DNA of 64,000 nucleotides from an archaeon (GCA_018693315.1 JABHLR010000004.1:100387-164386), one strand, 5' to 3'; shown: positions 18,365 to 26,910, counted from the stretch's first letter. The notes: generated by a model not told the origin, from the letters alone. Program-made: numbers and translations.

Positions 18365-19381
18365 ATGGCAGATTATAAGGGAATAAAGAGAGGAATCGTC
18401 GGTGCAATTATCCTAGGAATCTTCATCCTAACATTCTTCATTCTAAAGCCCATAATAATTCCAATCATATTCGGCCTACTTTTTGCATATATCTTCAGCC
18501 CAGTTTACAGAAAAATAAGAACAGTAGTCAAAGGGAAAAATACAGCAGCATTTCTACTAATGCTGGGGCTAATGATCATAATAGCAATCCCAATAATTTA
18601 CTTCATACCGATTATAGCAAAACAAGCATTCGACACATACACACTGTCAAGGAGTTTTGACTTCGGAGGATTTGTAGGAAATTTCGTAAAAGGAGACATA
18701 TCACCATCATTAGCAGCAAATCTAAGCGACGCCGTCAGCGGAATGTTCTCAACTTTCCTAAACCAATTCACAAGCATTTTGGTAAACCTGCCGTCACTAC
18801 TTCTTCAATTCGCAGTTTTCCTTTTTACATTTTATTTCGCGATACGAGACCAAGAAGAACTAAAAGAATACATATCAACACTCTCGCCATTTTCAGAATC
18901 AACAGAGAAAAAATTCCTAAAAGAATTCAGGGGAATAACAAATGCGATCGTGTTCGGGCAGGTATTCATTGGAATCATTCAGGGGCTGGCGGTCGGTGCG
19001 GGGCTATTTTTCCTAGGAGTCCCAAAAGCATTAATCTTGACATTTATTGCGTGCATAGTTTCAATAATCCCAGTTTTGGGCTCATGGTTGGTTTGGTTGC
19101 CAGTTGGACTTGTGCTATTGGTGGCAGGACAGACGTTTGCAGGAGTATTTCTTCTGCTTTATGGAGCCCTATTCGTTTCAACAATTGACAACCTATTTAG
19201 ACCATGGATATTATCCAAACAATCAAATCTCCCAATCGCGCTAAGCGTCATCGGAACAATCGGCGGACTATACTTCTTCGGAATAACAGGTTTGGTCCTA
19301 GGCCCACTGGTCTTGGCATACGTCTTAATTATCATCGAATTCTACAGAGAAGGAAAACTAAAAGAGCTGTTCAACAAATAA
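18365..19381 (+). CDS. AI-2E family transporter (PerM/UPF0118)
   Basis: 338-aa polytopic protein. FGQVFIGIIQGLAVGAGLFFLGVP...IIPVLGSWLVWLP...STIDNLFRPWILSK. Confidence 0.85.
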   Translation: MADYKGIKRGIVGAIILGIFILTFFILKPIIIPIIFGLLFAYIFSPVYRKIRTVVKGKNTAAFLLMLGLMIIIAIPIIYFIPIIAKQAFDTYTLSRSFDFGGFVGNFVKGDISPSLAANLSDAVSGMFSTFLNQFTSILVNLPSLLLQFAVFLFTFYFAIRDQEELKEYISTLSPFSESTEKKFLKEFRGITNAIVFGQVFIGIIQGLAVGAGLFFLGVPKALILTFIACIVSIIPVLGSWLVWLPVGLVLLVAGQTFAGVFLLLYGALFVSTIDNLFRPWILSKQSNLPIALSVIGTIGGLYFFGITGLVLGPLVLAYVLIIIEFYREGKLKELFNK

Positions 19382-19391
19382 GAGGTAAAAA

Positions 19392-20870
19392 GTGAAACTA
19401 AAAATAAAAAATTTCAACTGGTTAGCTGGCCGTCCAGTGGTCGTGCTTAACGAAAAGACCGCAAAAAAATTAAACGTATTTGTCGACGACAGAGTCGCAA
19501 TTACAAACTCAAAAAAAGTATATGCAGTAGTCGACATTTTCCCAAGACTAGTCAAGGATAAAGAAATAGGCTTATCTCACGAATTAGGACAAATTCTAAA
19601 ATTAAGAAACGGAGCAAGTGTAGAAGTTAGCTCATCGGAACTTTCCGACGCGTCATTCTTAATCAAAAAGAAAATGAACGGAGAATCATTAGATCAAAAA
19701 GAGTTAGAATACCTAGTTTCAGAAATCGTCCATAATAATTTGACGGAAGCAGAAATCGCATTTTTCACAGCAGCCGAAAAACTAAATGGGATGAGCGACA
19801 AAGAAACAATCAATCTGACAAAAGCAATGGCAAAGACCGGAGCCAAATTAAAATTCAGAGAAAAATATGTAGCTGATAAACATTCCATTGGAGGAATCGC
19901 GGGAAACAGGACGACACCAATTGTCGTAGCAATCTGCGCAGCAGCAGGATTGACATTACCAAAAACATCATCGCGAGCAATAACTTCAGCATCGGGAACA
20001 GCAGACGTAATCGAAACAATTTCAAATGTCGAACTTTCATTAGAAGAAATAAAAGGAGTCGTCAAAAAAACTGGAGCCTGTTTAGCGTGGGGAGGGTCTC
20101 TTGGGTTAGCGCCATCAGACGACAAAATTATACAAGTTGAACGATTACTGAACCTAGATATCGAACCACAACTAATCGCCTCAATCTTATCCAAAAAAAT
20201 CGCAGCAGGTTCAAAATTCGTTCTAATAGATATCCCATATGGAGAAAGCGCAAAAGTTGCAACACTCTCAAAGGCAAAAAAACTCGGAAAGAAATTCGAA
20301 AGAATAGGAAGCAAATTTAAACTAAAAATAAAAATAGTCTATACCGACGGTTCACAGCCAATTGGAAACGGGTTCGGACCAGTTTTAGAAATGCTAGACG
20401 TATTATCAGTTCTTCAAAGATCTCTGGGTTTCCCAGTGGACTTAAGAACAAAATCAATCTTTCTATCGGCAGAACTCATGAAACTTTGTGGGATAAAAGA
20501 CGCCAGAAATAAAGCAAGAGAGATTTTAGATTCCGGAAAAGCCTGCGAGAAATTTCAAGAAATAATAAACGCACAAAATAAAAATAAAAATTTCGACAAG
20601 ATAATACAAAAACTTCCTCTAGCTAAAATAAACAAAGTAATCAAAGCTGGCAAAACAGGAAAAATTACAAACATAGATAACAAAAAAATAAATTCATTGT
20701 GCCGAATCCTCGGAACACCAGAAACAATCTCATCAGGAGTGTATCTTCATAAGCATATCGGCAAAGTAAAAAGAGGCGAACCAATCATGACACTTTATAC
20801 GAAATCCAAATCGAAATTAGACGACGCATTACAATTCATAAAAAAGAGCAAGCCGATTAACATCCAATAG
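19392..20870 (+). CDS. deoA: AMP phosphorylase / thymidine phosphorylase family (archaeal long form with an N-terminal domain)
   Basis: 492 aa. GTG start preceded by gaggt. ADKHSIGGIAGNRTTPIVVAICAAAGL...SRAITSASGTADV...LAWGGSLGLAPSDD. Confidence 0.85.
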   Translation: MKLKIKNFNWLAGRPVVVLNEKTAKKLNVFVDDRVAITNSKKVYAVVDIFPRLVKDKEIGLSHELGQILKLRNGASVEVSSSELSDASFLIKKKMNGESLDQKELEYLVSEIVHNNLTEAEIAFFTAAEKLNGMSDKETINLTKAMAKTGAKLKFREKYVADKHSIGGIAGNRTTPIVVAICAAAGLTLPKTSSRAITSASGTADVIETISNVELSLEEIKGVVKKTGACLAWGGSLGLAPSDDKIIQVERLLNLDIEPQLIASILSKKIAAGSKFVLIDIPYGESAKVATLSKAKKLGKKFERIGSKFKLKIKIVYTDGSQPIGNGFGPVLEMLDVLSVLQRSLGFPVDLRTKSIFLSAELMKLCGIKDARNKAREILDSGKACEKFQEIINAQNKNKNFDKIIQKLPLAKINKVIKAGKTGKITNIDNKKINSLCRILGTPETISSGVYLHKHIGKVKRGEPIMTLYTKSKSKLDDALQFIKKSKPINIQ

Positions 20871-21207
20871 GCACATCGTCCACGCAATCAAAAAGAGCGG
20901 TGATATCATGGGTTTTTTTTACACTCTCCCAAACATCATAAGGAGAAACTCTTCCAGCTTTTATTGCCTCAACTAATTCAGCTTCTTCTGCATTGTCTAA
21001 AAATTCTTGAGCGAAGGCCACTGCCGCTGCCGAATAAAAATCCTGCCCTATTTTCCTATCTGCGTGAGTAAAAGGAATTTTAGCAACATCTACATAACGT
21101 TCAGCATCTCTAATTCTAAAAGAAACATCACCCCGATCTGTACAATATATGTGCGCTACATTGTTTTCAGATTCACCAAGCAGACCCCAAATAATTCTCC
21201 CCATCAC
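20857..21207 (-). CDS. Hypothetical protein (116 aa)
   Basis: ORF only. By eye its codon composition differs from its neighbours (more A/T-ending codons). Confidence 0.4.
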   Translation of the reverse strand: MMGRIIWGLLGESENNVAHIYCTDRGDVSFRIRDAERYVDVAKIPFTHADRKIGQDFYSAAAVAFAQEFLDNAEEAELVEAIKAGRVSPYDVWESVKKTHDITALFDCVDDVPIGC

Positions 21208-21800
21208 AAAACACTCGCTTTCAAAATCTTAACTTCCTCAAGTGGCTTATCTCTACCGTCCGTCGCAACAGCACCAATCTTCTTGACAACGTCCTCACCT
21301 TCGACAACTTCACCAAAAACAGGATGCTTACTAGTCAAAGGCTGCCTATCATAATCCAAAAAACTATTATCCACAAGATTAATAAAAAACTGACTCGACC
21401 CAGTATTCGGCCCAGCATTAGCCATAGAAATCGTCATAGGCAAATTAGAATGCCCAGCAACAAACTCATCTTTAATCTTAGGAATCTTCGGATCACCCAT
21501 TCCAGTCCCAGTAGGATCCCCGCCTTGAATCATAAAATTAGGAATTATCCTATGAAAAATCACACCATCATAAGTTCCAGCTTCAACAAGCCCTTTAAAA
21601 TTTCCAGCAGTAATCGGCATATCGTCATACAAAGCTATAACAATATCCCCATGATTCGTCTCAAGTTTTACTTTAGTTTCCATATTACCTTCAATATTAT
21701 CGAACATCTTCATGACGAACAACGTAAACAAAACAACCAAAACAACTATTATAAAGATTGCGACCGATTTATTCTTAAGAATATTTTTCATAACAAACAC
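21204..21800 (-). CDS. Cyclophilin-type peptidyl-prolyl cis-trans isomerase with an N-terminal TM/signal anchor
   Basis: GNFKGLVEAGTYDGVIFHRIIPNFMIQGGDPTGTGMG...SMANAGPNTGSSQFFI. The likely true start is the ATG at 21791 (MKNILK); the track start is GTG. Confidence 0.9.
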   Translation of the reverse strand: MFVMKNILKNKSVAIFIIVVLVVLFTLFVMKMFDNIEGNMETKVKLETNHGDIVIALYDDMPITAGNFKGLVEAGTYDGVIFHRIIPNFMIQGGDPTGTGMGDPKIPKIKDEFVAGHSNLPMTISMANAGPNTGSSQFFINLVDNSFLDYDRQPLTSKHPVFGEVVEGEDVVKKIGAVATDGRDKPLEEVKILKASVL

Positions 21801-21844
21801 TAACCAACTAAATTTAAAAACCTATCTTACCCAAAAACACTATG

Positions 21845-21925
21845 CCTTCATCGCATAGTGGTATTGCACTGGACTTGAAATCCAGACCCTTCGGGGTACC
21901 CAGGTTCGATTCCTGGTGAAGGCGT
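21845..21925 (+). tRNA. tRNA-Ser (anticodon UGA, 21877-21879), class II with a long variable arm
   Basis: Hand-folded. Perfect 7-bp acceptor stem gccttca/tgaaggc. Anticodon arm ctgga-cttgaaa-tccag. Variable arm acccttcggggtac. T arm ccagg-ttcgatt-cctgg. Confidence 0.8.
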
Positions 21926-22006
21926 TCTTCGAACCGCGGGTACCGTACCTTGGTTTCGTTAGGAGCGATGGTCGCGAGTAACGAGCAAGCTTCTCTGAAG
22001 CGTCGC

Positions 22007-22024
22007 CGATTCCTGGTGAAGGCG
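22007..22024 (+). repeat. 18-nt direct repeat of the 3' end of tRNA-Ser (cgattcctggtgaaggcg; compare 21908-21925)
   Basis: Exact match seen by eye. It is separated from the original by an 81-nt, relatively GC-rich segment containing hairpins. Confidence 0.85.
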
Positions 22025-22032
22025 TATATTCT

Positions 22033-22174
22033 GCCCACATCGCATTGAGGTATTGCCGAACGATTCGCTCCGAATAAAATAATTATAATTATTTTTTTTA
22101 TGAGGTGCAAATTGTGAGATGGACTTGAAATCCAGACCCTTCGGGGTACCTCGGTTCGATTCCGAGTGTGGGCG
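22033..22174 (+). tRNA. Second tRNA-Ser(UGA)-like gene, interrupted by an approximately 62-nt AT-rich insert (intron?) between the D arm and the anticodon stem
   Basis: Perfect acceptor stem gcccaca/tgtgggc. T arm ctcgg-ttcgatt-ccgag. Positions 22120-22150 are identical to 21871-21901 (anticodon plus variable arm). The insert spans roughly 22058-22119 and contains a 20-nt perfect palindrome at 22076-22095. Confidence 0.55.
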
Positions 22175-22414
22175 TCATCTCTCTTCGTCAATTATTGTTC
22201 CAGGGGTAGTGCCATATAATGCTGCAAGTTCACACAATCCTCCAACACCAACCCCCCTATGCCCATTTTCAAACAGAGAAATATAGTTAACAGTATACCC
22301 CACTGAAGCAGAAACCTGTTCTTGAGATAATTTACTAGCTTTCCTATAATGCACAAGATTGGCGGCAATTCTTCTTCGAACATCTTCAGGGACTTTTGCT
22401 GTTTTCTTTTCCAT
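22175..22414 (-). CDS. XRE-family (Cro/C1-type) helix-turn-helix protein
   Basis: Start taken at MEKKTAK. RRRIAANLVHYRKASKLSQEQVSASVGYTVNYISLFENGHRG. Its stop codon abuts the tRNA 3' end. Confidence 0.7.
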   Translation of the reverse strand: MEKKTAKVPEDVRRRIAANLVHYRKASKLSQEQVSASVGYTVNYISLFENGHRGVGVGGLCELAALYGTTPGTIIDEER

Positions 22415-22557
22415 CTTAAATCTCATCAAGAACTCTCTTTCCCAAACTATCCTCATCATCAAGATAGTCATCCAGACAAAGCTACAAAGGCTTCATCCTC
22501 AAGAACAGCAAAGCCAACTAGACCTCACAATTCTAAAACAATTTAATTAAAAATTAT

Positions 22558-22854
22558 TTATCCGAATAATGAAGCCAAACCTTCAGCCGCCTCAGCCTTT
22601 GGTTCTTCTTTCTTCTTTTCTTCTTTTGGTGCATCACCAGCAGGTGCAGCAGCGCCACCAGCAGCCGGAGCCGCAGCAACACTAGCATTTGCAAGCTTGT
22701 CAGCAATATCTACGCCAGATAAACTAGCTACCATTACCTTAACTTTCGCTTCGTCAACCTCAGCGCCAGTCGCGGAAATAACAGCTTTCAGATTATCTTC
22801 GTTGATATCCTTTCCAACTTTGTGCAACAAAAGAGCCGCATATGTGTATTCCAT
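22558..22854 (-). CDS. rpl12: Ribosomal stalk protein P1 (aL12)
   Basis: [39 protein letters not shown]...EGLASLFG. Internal ATG of track ORF 22558..22995. Confidence 0.9.
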   Translation of the reverse strand: MEYTYAALLLHKVGKDINEDNLKAVISATGAEVDEAKVKVMVASLSGVDIADKLANASVAAAPAAGGAAAPAGDAPKEEKKKEEPKAEAAEGLASLFG

Positions 22855-22870
22855 TTTGTATTTCTCAAGA

Positions 22871-23779
22871 TTAACCAAATAGGCTAGCAAGGCCCGCAGC
22901 GGACTCTTCCTTTGGTTCTTCCTTTTTAGTTTCTTGAGTTTCAGTTTTTTCTTCTTCAACAGGAGCAGCCACAACTTCCGGTTCAGGCTCTCCACTAATT
23001 ATTCTACTAACAGTACCCTCGTGAGCCTTAGCCTTCCCTAAAATCATATCCAAAGTCTCAGCATTAACAATCCCCAAATCAACAGCAACAGCAAAAGCCC
23101 TACCATAATCATATTCTAATTCAGCAACAGCACCTTCAATATCAATCTTAATATCAACGTAAACCTTTTTCTCATCACCATCAAAAGCAGCAACAGGCTC
23201 AACGCCAACCTCGAACGGAATAATATCCAACTTTGCCATAATCGAAGCATGAGCCTCACTAATCACTCCACCTTCCTTAACAATAACCTTATCCTGCATA
23301 ACCGCAATCTTCCCATTCTCAACCTTAGGCGCCAAACCAACAGCACTCAAAGCAGAAATATCAGGACCAGGTAACAATTCAGTTGGCCCAGCTTTAACTT
23401 CAATATCGCTCGGAGCAATCTGCCCAGCCTTAGCTTTAGCAGGACTCTTTTCCTTAGCCAAAATTCCAGAAATTTCAAACGCATCAGCGTCACTAAATAA
23501 CATAGCAGTCGAATCATCAACATGCGGAACCAAATCATGAAGCTCTTTAATACCAGAATGGTCGAGAGCAAACTTTACCAAACTCTTCTTTACAACCTGA
23601 ACCTTCGCCTTACTCCGGAGCTTCTTCTTAATATCCTGAAACTGCGCGCTAGGCAAACCCTTAATCGAAATAACCATAACAGTCTTCTTCTTCATCAATT
23701 CAGCTAACTCTTTTACCTTAGCTTTCTTAGCATCAGACACATGAGTAGTAGTATCATGCTCTACTTTTGCAACAGCCAT
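22871..23779 (-). CDS. rpl10: Ribosomal protein uL10 (P0)
   Basis: 302 aa. C-terminal stalk tail ...[17 protein letters not shown]1-P0-P1 synteny. Confidence 0.9.
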   Translation of the reverse strand: MAVAKVEHDTTTHVSDAKKAKVKELAELMKKKTVMVISIKGLPSAQFQDIKKKLRSKAKVQVVKKSLVKFALDHSGIKELHDLVPHVDDSTAMLFSDADAFEISGILAKEKSPAKAKAGQIAPSDIEVKAGPTELLPGPDISALSAVGLAPKVENGKIAVMQDKVIVKEGGVISEAHASIMAKLDIIPFEVGVEPVAAFDGDEKKVYVDIKIDIEGAVAELEYDYGRAFAVAVDLGIVNAETLDMILGKAKAHEGTVSRIISGEPEPEVVAAPVEEEKTETQETKKEEPKEESAAGLASLFG

Positions 23780-24408
23780 TACTTCCTAGCCTCCACAATT
23801 GTAATCGCTTTAGTCATAGTAAATTTAACCATAACATCCTTAACATTATCACGCCCCCTCGGCAAAGCTTTCTCAACACCCTTAATCACAGCCGCAACAT
23901 TCTCAGCCAAAGCATCATCACTCATACTTTCCTTCCCGATTGCGAGCTTAATCGACATCTCTTTATTCTTAACCCTAATAGACTTCTTCATCTTCTCGAT
24001 CATCATCTTCACCATAGCTTCATCTTCCTTCGGAATAATACCAGCCTGAGGCGAAGGCATCTTCCCAATCGGACCGAAAACTCGACCAAATTTAGTAGCA
24101 ATCTTTCCCATCATAGCAGCATTTGCAATAAACCCATCGTACTGCTTCGCCAACTTCTTCATAGAATTCATATCCTTATACTTCACAAAATCAGCCTCGG
24201 TAATAGTCTCAATCAAATCAGACCTCTTCGTAAAAAATGCCGCCAACTTTTTCTCCCGACCATTCGGAACTCCAACAAAAGTATTCAAAGCCTCTTTCCT
24301 AACATCAAAATTCTTCAGATTAATAATCAGGTCCACGGTCTGGTCAAACTTCCGCTTCTTTCCTTCTCTCAATTCCGCAAGTGCTTTCTTAACTTCCATG
24401 ATATGCAA
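23779..24408 (-). CDS. rpl1: Ribosomal protein uL1
   Basis: KRKFDQTVDLIINLKNFDVRKE...GKIATKFGRVFGPIGKMPSPQAGII. Confidence 0.9.
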   Translation of the reverse strand: MHIMEVKKALAELREGKKRKFDQTVDLIINLKNFDVRKEALNTFVGVPNGREKKLAAFFTKRSDLIETITEADFVKYKDMNSMKKLAKQYDGFIANAAMMGKIATKFGRVFGPIGKMPSPQAGIIPKEDEAMVKMMIEKMKKSIRVKNKEMSIKLAIGKESMSDDALAENVAAVIKGVEKALPRGRDNVKDVMVKFTMTKAITIVEARK

Positions 24409-24474
24409 ACTGTTAGATTTATGTGTCGGCTCGGGGCCTACTACTAACAGTAGTAATAACCTAGCGAAATTTCA

Positions 24475-24484
24475 GTTTATAAAA
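24475..24484 (-). promoter_or_regulatory. TATA-like box (ttttataaac on the minus strand) for the L1-P0-P1 operon, followed by a leader hairpin at 24439-24455
   Basis: The motif lies about 67-76 nt upstream of the L1 ATG. The hairpin is tactac-taaca-gtagta. The regulatory role is an inference. Confidence 0.35.
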
Positions 24485-24485
24485 C

Positions 24486-24788
24486 TTACGATACCTGAAC
24501 GCGATATGCCCGACCTTTATATTCAAATTCTATACTCCCTATATATTCAGACCTCATATCTTTCCCAACAACAACAGCATGAACCTCGGTAGCGTTGTTT
24601 GGAAGATTAACATCAACCTTATTATTTGTCAAGTTAGGATTACCAATAACAACAACAGTTCCATCTTCCCTAGTAGCTTGAAGGCAATGCGGACTTTGGA
24701 TAGTATCGGGCGGAAGCCTTCTTAGTGCCTCAACAATATCAGCCTGAACATCAGCATTCCCCCGTGCAGAAATCTTTTCAAGATCCAT
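24486..24788 (-). CDS. Hypothetical protein (100 aa)
   Basis: ORF only; no motif recognised. Confidence 0.4.
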   Translation of the reverse strand: MDLEKISARGNADVQADIVEALRRLPPDTIQSPHCLQATREDGTVVVIGNPNLTNNKVDVNLPNNATEVHAVVVGKDMRSEYIGSIEFEYKGRAYRVQVS

Positions 24789-24807
24789 AAAATCTAATGC
24801 AGGAGCT

Positions 24808-24840
24808 TATTTATATTCTTTATTGCACTCAATAACACAC
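24808..24840 (+). promoter_or_regulatory. Promoter-like element tatttata-N4-ttattgcactcaa; near-duplicate of 57638-57670
   Basis: The two loci share about 30 of 38 positions and have identical spacing between tatttata and ttattgcactcaa. Confidence 0.4.
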
Positions 24841-24967
24841 AAACACAACAATCCTTTAAATTCGCAGCAAGCGGATTTCCCGCGCAGCTCTGCCGCAAGA
24901 CTAACTAAAAACATGAAATTTATTTCATCATATAAATACTTAAATAATCAATCAATCAAATTTCTAT

Positions 24968-25321
24968 ATGGAACTAATAGCACTATTATCAACAGGCAAA
25001 GGAACATGGGGACAAGTCTCAGGCCTAATGCAAAAAGGCGAATGGGAAAAAGTCATAGTAGTCGGCCCTTCCTTCGCAAAAGAATTCATGGTCCACGGCG
25101 AACCTTTCGACTTCATCGAATTCGATCCAAACAAATCACTAGTCCAATTAAAAAAAGAATTCTCTAGCAAGTTAAAAGGAAAATTCGACGGCCTAGAAGT
25201 AGCCTTATCAATCGCATCAGGAAACGGCAAAGAACACATGGCCCTCCAATCCGCACTACTCTCCCTCCCCGTCGGAGTCAGATTCACAGCCCTGACAAAA
25301 GACGGCGTCGTATTTTTATAA
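24968..25321 (+). CDS. Hypothetical protein (117 aa)
   Basis: ORF with typical + strand codon bias. No motif recognised. Confidence 0.5.
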   Translation: MELIALLSTGKGTWGQVSGLMQKGEWEKVIVVGPSFAKEFMVHGEPFDFIEFDPNKSLVQLKKEFSSKLKGKFDGLEVALSIASGNGKEHMALQSALLSLPVGVRFTALTKDGVVFL

Positions 25322-25522
25322 AATGGAATATTATGTATATTTTCCCGGAGAGTCAAATCCAGAAACCTGGGACACAGATAGAAGCCCAATGCCAAGATTT
25401 GGTCGTGAATCCACTTTCTCAAATAGAAATGGAGTATTTGTAGTTAATGCAATTGATCGGAACTCTAGTCCCCCAAGAGTAGAATTTAGAAAGCGCTGGA
25501 CAAGAAAAGACTCGATTAATCT

Positions 25523-26572
25523 CTAAACTTTTTCTATTTTAAGTTTCGCTCCCTTCTTAGCCAACATAACAACACAACACCTCTCATCCTCAGCCGCAAC
25601 ATCATAACCATCCAAACTCTTAGCTATCTTCAAAGCATACTCCTTAACCTTATCAAACCAAACCTGATTATCATAACCCATCCGCGCCTTCGCATACCCA
25701 ACCGCCTTATACCCCTTAACATGCACAAAATCCGGCTCAGCTTTCTTAATCAATTCAACATACTCCTTCAAATTCTCCTCACTAGAATTAGTCATCTCAT
25801 TGAACTCACCTTCTTCACCAACCCCAACCAAAGTCATCCTAACAACTCTCCGCACATTTTTCAAATCTCTAATCACATCCAACGACTCATTAAATTTCTC
25901 CCAAGCATTCTCCTTAGTCGATCGATGCCAAATTTTAAACAACCTCTCATTCGGCGCATTAGTAGAAATCGTAATCTGAGTAGGAAGTTCACCTGCCCCG
26001 TTCGATCCACCCTCAATAGGATATCTAATGGGGTCATTCAAATTCCTCAAAACCTCAGGATTCAAACCATTAGTCACCAAAAACGAAACAGCACCACGCC
26101 TTCTAATCTCTTTAAACATCTCACCCAACCGAGGATAAAGCGTAGCCTCTCCAGACAAACTCATAGTAAAAAGCGTCGGCTCAAATGCCTTCTCCAACTT
26201 TTCCAAATCAATTTCCTTCCGTCCAGCAAATCCATTCAACAACTTCTGGCGAGCCTCAACAATTCCATCTAAAATCTCAATGGGATCATCAACTTTAGGC
26301 AAATCAGTCCCAAGATTCATCTCAATCGGCCTCCAACAATGCAAACACTGATTCTCGCACCACATCACAGCCGGCGTCATCTGGCAACATCCAGCAGAAC
26401 TCACACCGTAAAATTTTTCCTTCCAGCATCCACGATCACCACGAATCGCATTCTTCGTCCACCGACAAATCTGCACCGCACTAGTCTCACCAACAAGCGC
26501 ATAATTCATCTTCCTCAACCTCTCTCTGTAGTCATCACTGCTACACTTTCGCTTCGGATTCTTTCTCGCCAT
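25523..26572 (-). CDS. taw1: Radical-SAM tRNA 4-demethylwyosine synthase (Taw1/TYW1 family)
   Basis: VQICRWTKNAIRGDRGCWKEKFYGVSSAGCCQMTP...WCENQCLHCWRP (an N-terminal Cys cluster plus a radical-SAM CxxxCxxC). Confidence 0.8.
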   Translation of the reverse strand: MARKNPKRKCSSDDYRERLRKMNYALVGETSAVQICRWTKNAIRGDRGCWKEKFYGVSSAGCCQMTPAVMWCENQCLHCWRPIEMNLGTDLPKVDDPIEILDGIVEARQKLLNGFAGRKEIDLEKLEKAFEPTLFTMSLSGEATLYPRLGEMFKEIRRRGAVSFLVTNGLNPEVLRNLNDPIRYPIEGGSNGAGELPTQITISTNAPNERLFKIWHRSTKENAWEKFNESLDVIRDLKNVRRVVRMTLVGVGEEGEFNEMTNSSEENLKEYVELIKKAEPDFVHVKGYKAVGYAKARMGYDNQVWFDKVKEYALKIAKSLDGYDVAAEDERCCVVMLAKKGAKLKIEKV

Positions 26573-26634
26573 AAAAACTAACCCCTAGAACACTTTATAA
26601 TATAATCTAAAATAAAAAATAAAAATTTATTTAG

Positions 26635-26850
26635 CTACCTTCTTTTCTTCTTAGTAGCTTTTCTCTTAGCAGGCTTCTTCTTAGTTGCTTTTCTCTTTAC
26701 AACCTTCTTCTTAGCAGCTTTCCTTTTCACAGGTTTCTTCTTAGCAGCAAGAGCCTTCTTTCTTTTTTCCATTGCAGTTACTTGCTTCTTAAGAGATCGA
26801 ATCTTAATTGCACATTGCTTTGGAGTTTTTGGTAATACCATTTCACACAC
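26635..26850 (-). CDS. Small lysine-rich basic protein with (V/P)xKRKA(A/T)KKK repeats; hypothetical
   Basis: 71 aa. ...AAKKKPVKRKAAKKKVVKRKATKKKPAKRKATKKKRR. Confidence 0.45.
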   Translation of the reverse strand: MCEMVLPKTPKQCAIKIRSLKKQVTAMEKRKKALAAKKKPVKRKAAKKKVVKRKATKKKPAKRKATKKKRR

Positions 26851-26910
26851 CTCATTTAGTTAGAGCCGTAAAGCTCAATATAACAATGACAAACTCGTTT
26901 AAATAACTAC

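Noticed and set aside
21814-22191. ORFs of 125 and 66 aa on the minus strand across 21814-22191.
   Set aside because: They overlap two well-folding tRNA-Ser genes on the plus strand, and their translations have no features. I treat them as artefacts.
20857-22471. An integrated provirus or plasmid at the tRNA-Ser locus.
   Set aside because: Only an 18-nt repeat and a small XRE gene support it. There are no integrase, replication or structural genes, and the repeats are just 81 nt apart. I report it only as a possible scar.
22855-22995. The N-terminal extension of the P1 stalk protein ORF ([26 protein letters not shown]...).
   Set aside because: It overlaps the P0 C-terminus in another frame and is low complexity. 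The canonical P1 N-terminus [10 protein letters not shown] starts at 22854.
24850-24967. A possible C/D-box sRNA. A C-box-like ATGATGA lies on the minus strand at 24925-24931, near a GC-rich patch.
   Set aside because: There is no downstream CTGA D box and no terminal stem. The region is more likely a 5' leader of the gene at 24968.
25322-25522. An ORF-poor 200-nt gap with slightly higher GC. I considered a tRNA, a C/D-box sRNA or another ncRNA. The track ORFs at 25323-25526 (+) and 24964-25422 (-) cover it.
   Set aside because: I could not draw a cloverleaf, a T-loop consensus or paired C/D boxes. The ORF translations look random. The region stays unexplained; a covariance-model scan (Rfam/Infernal) would settle it.
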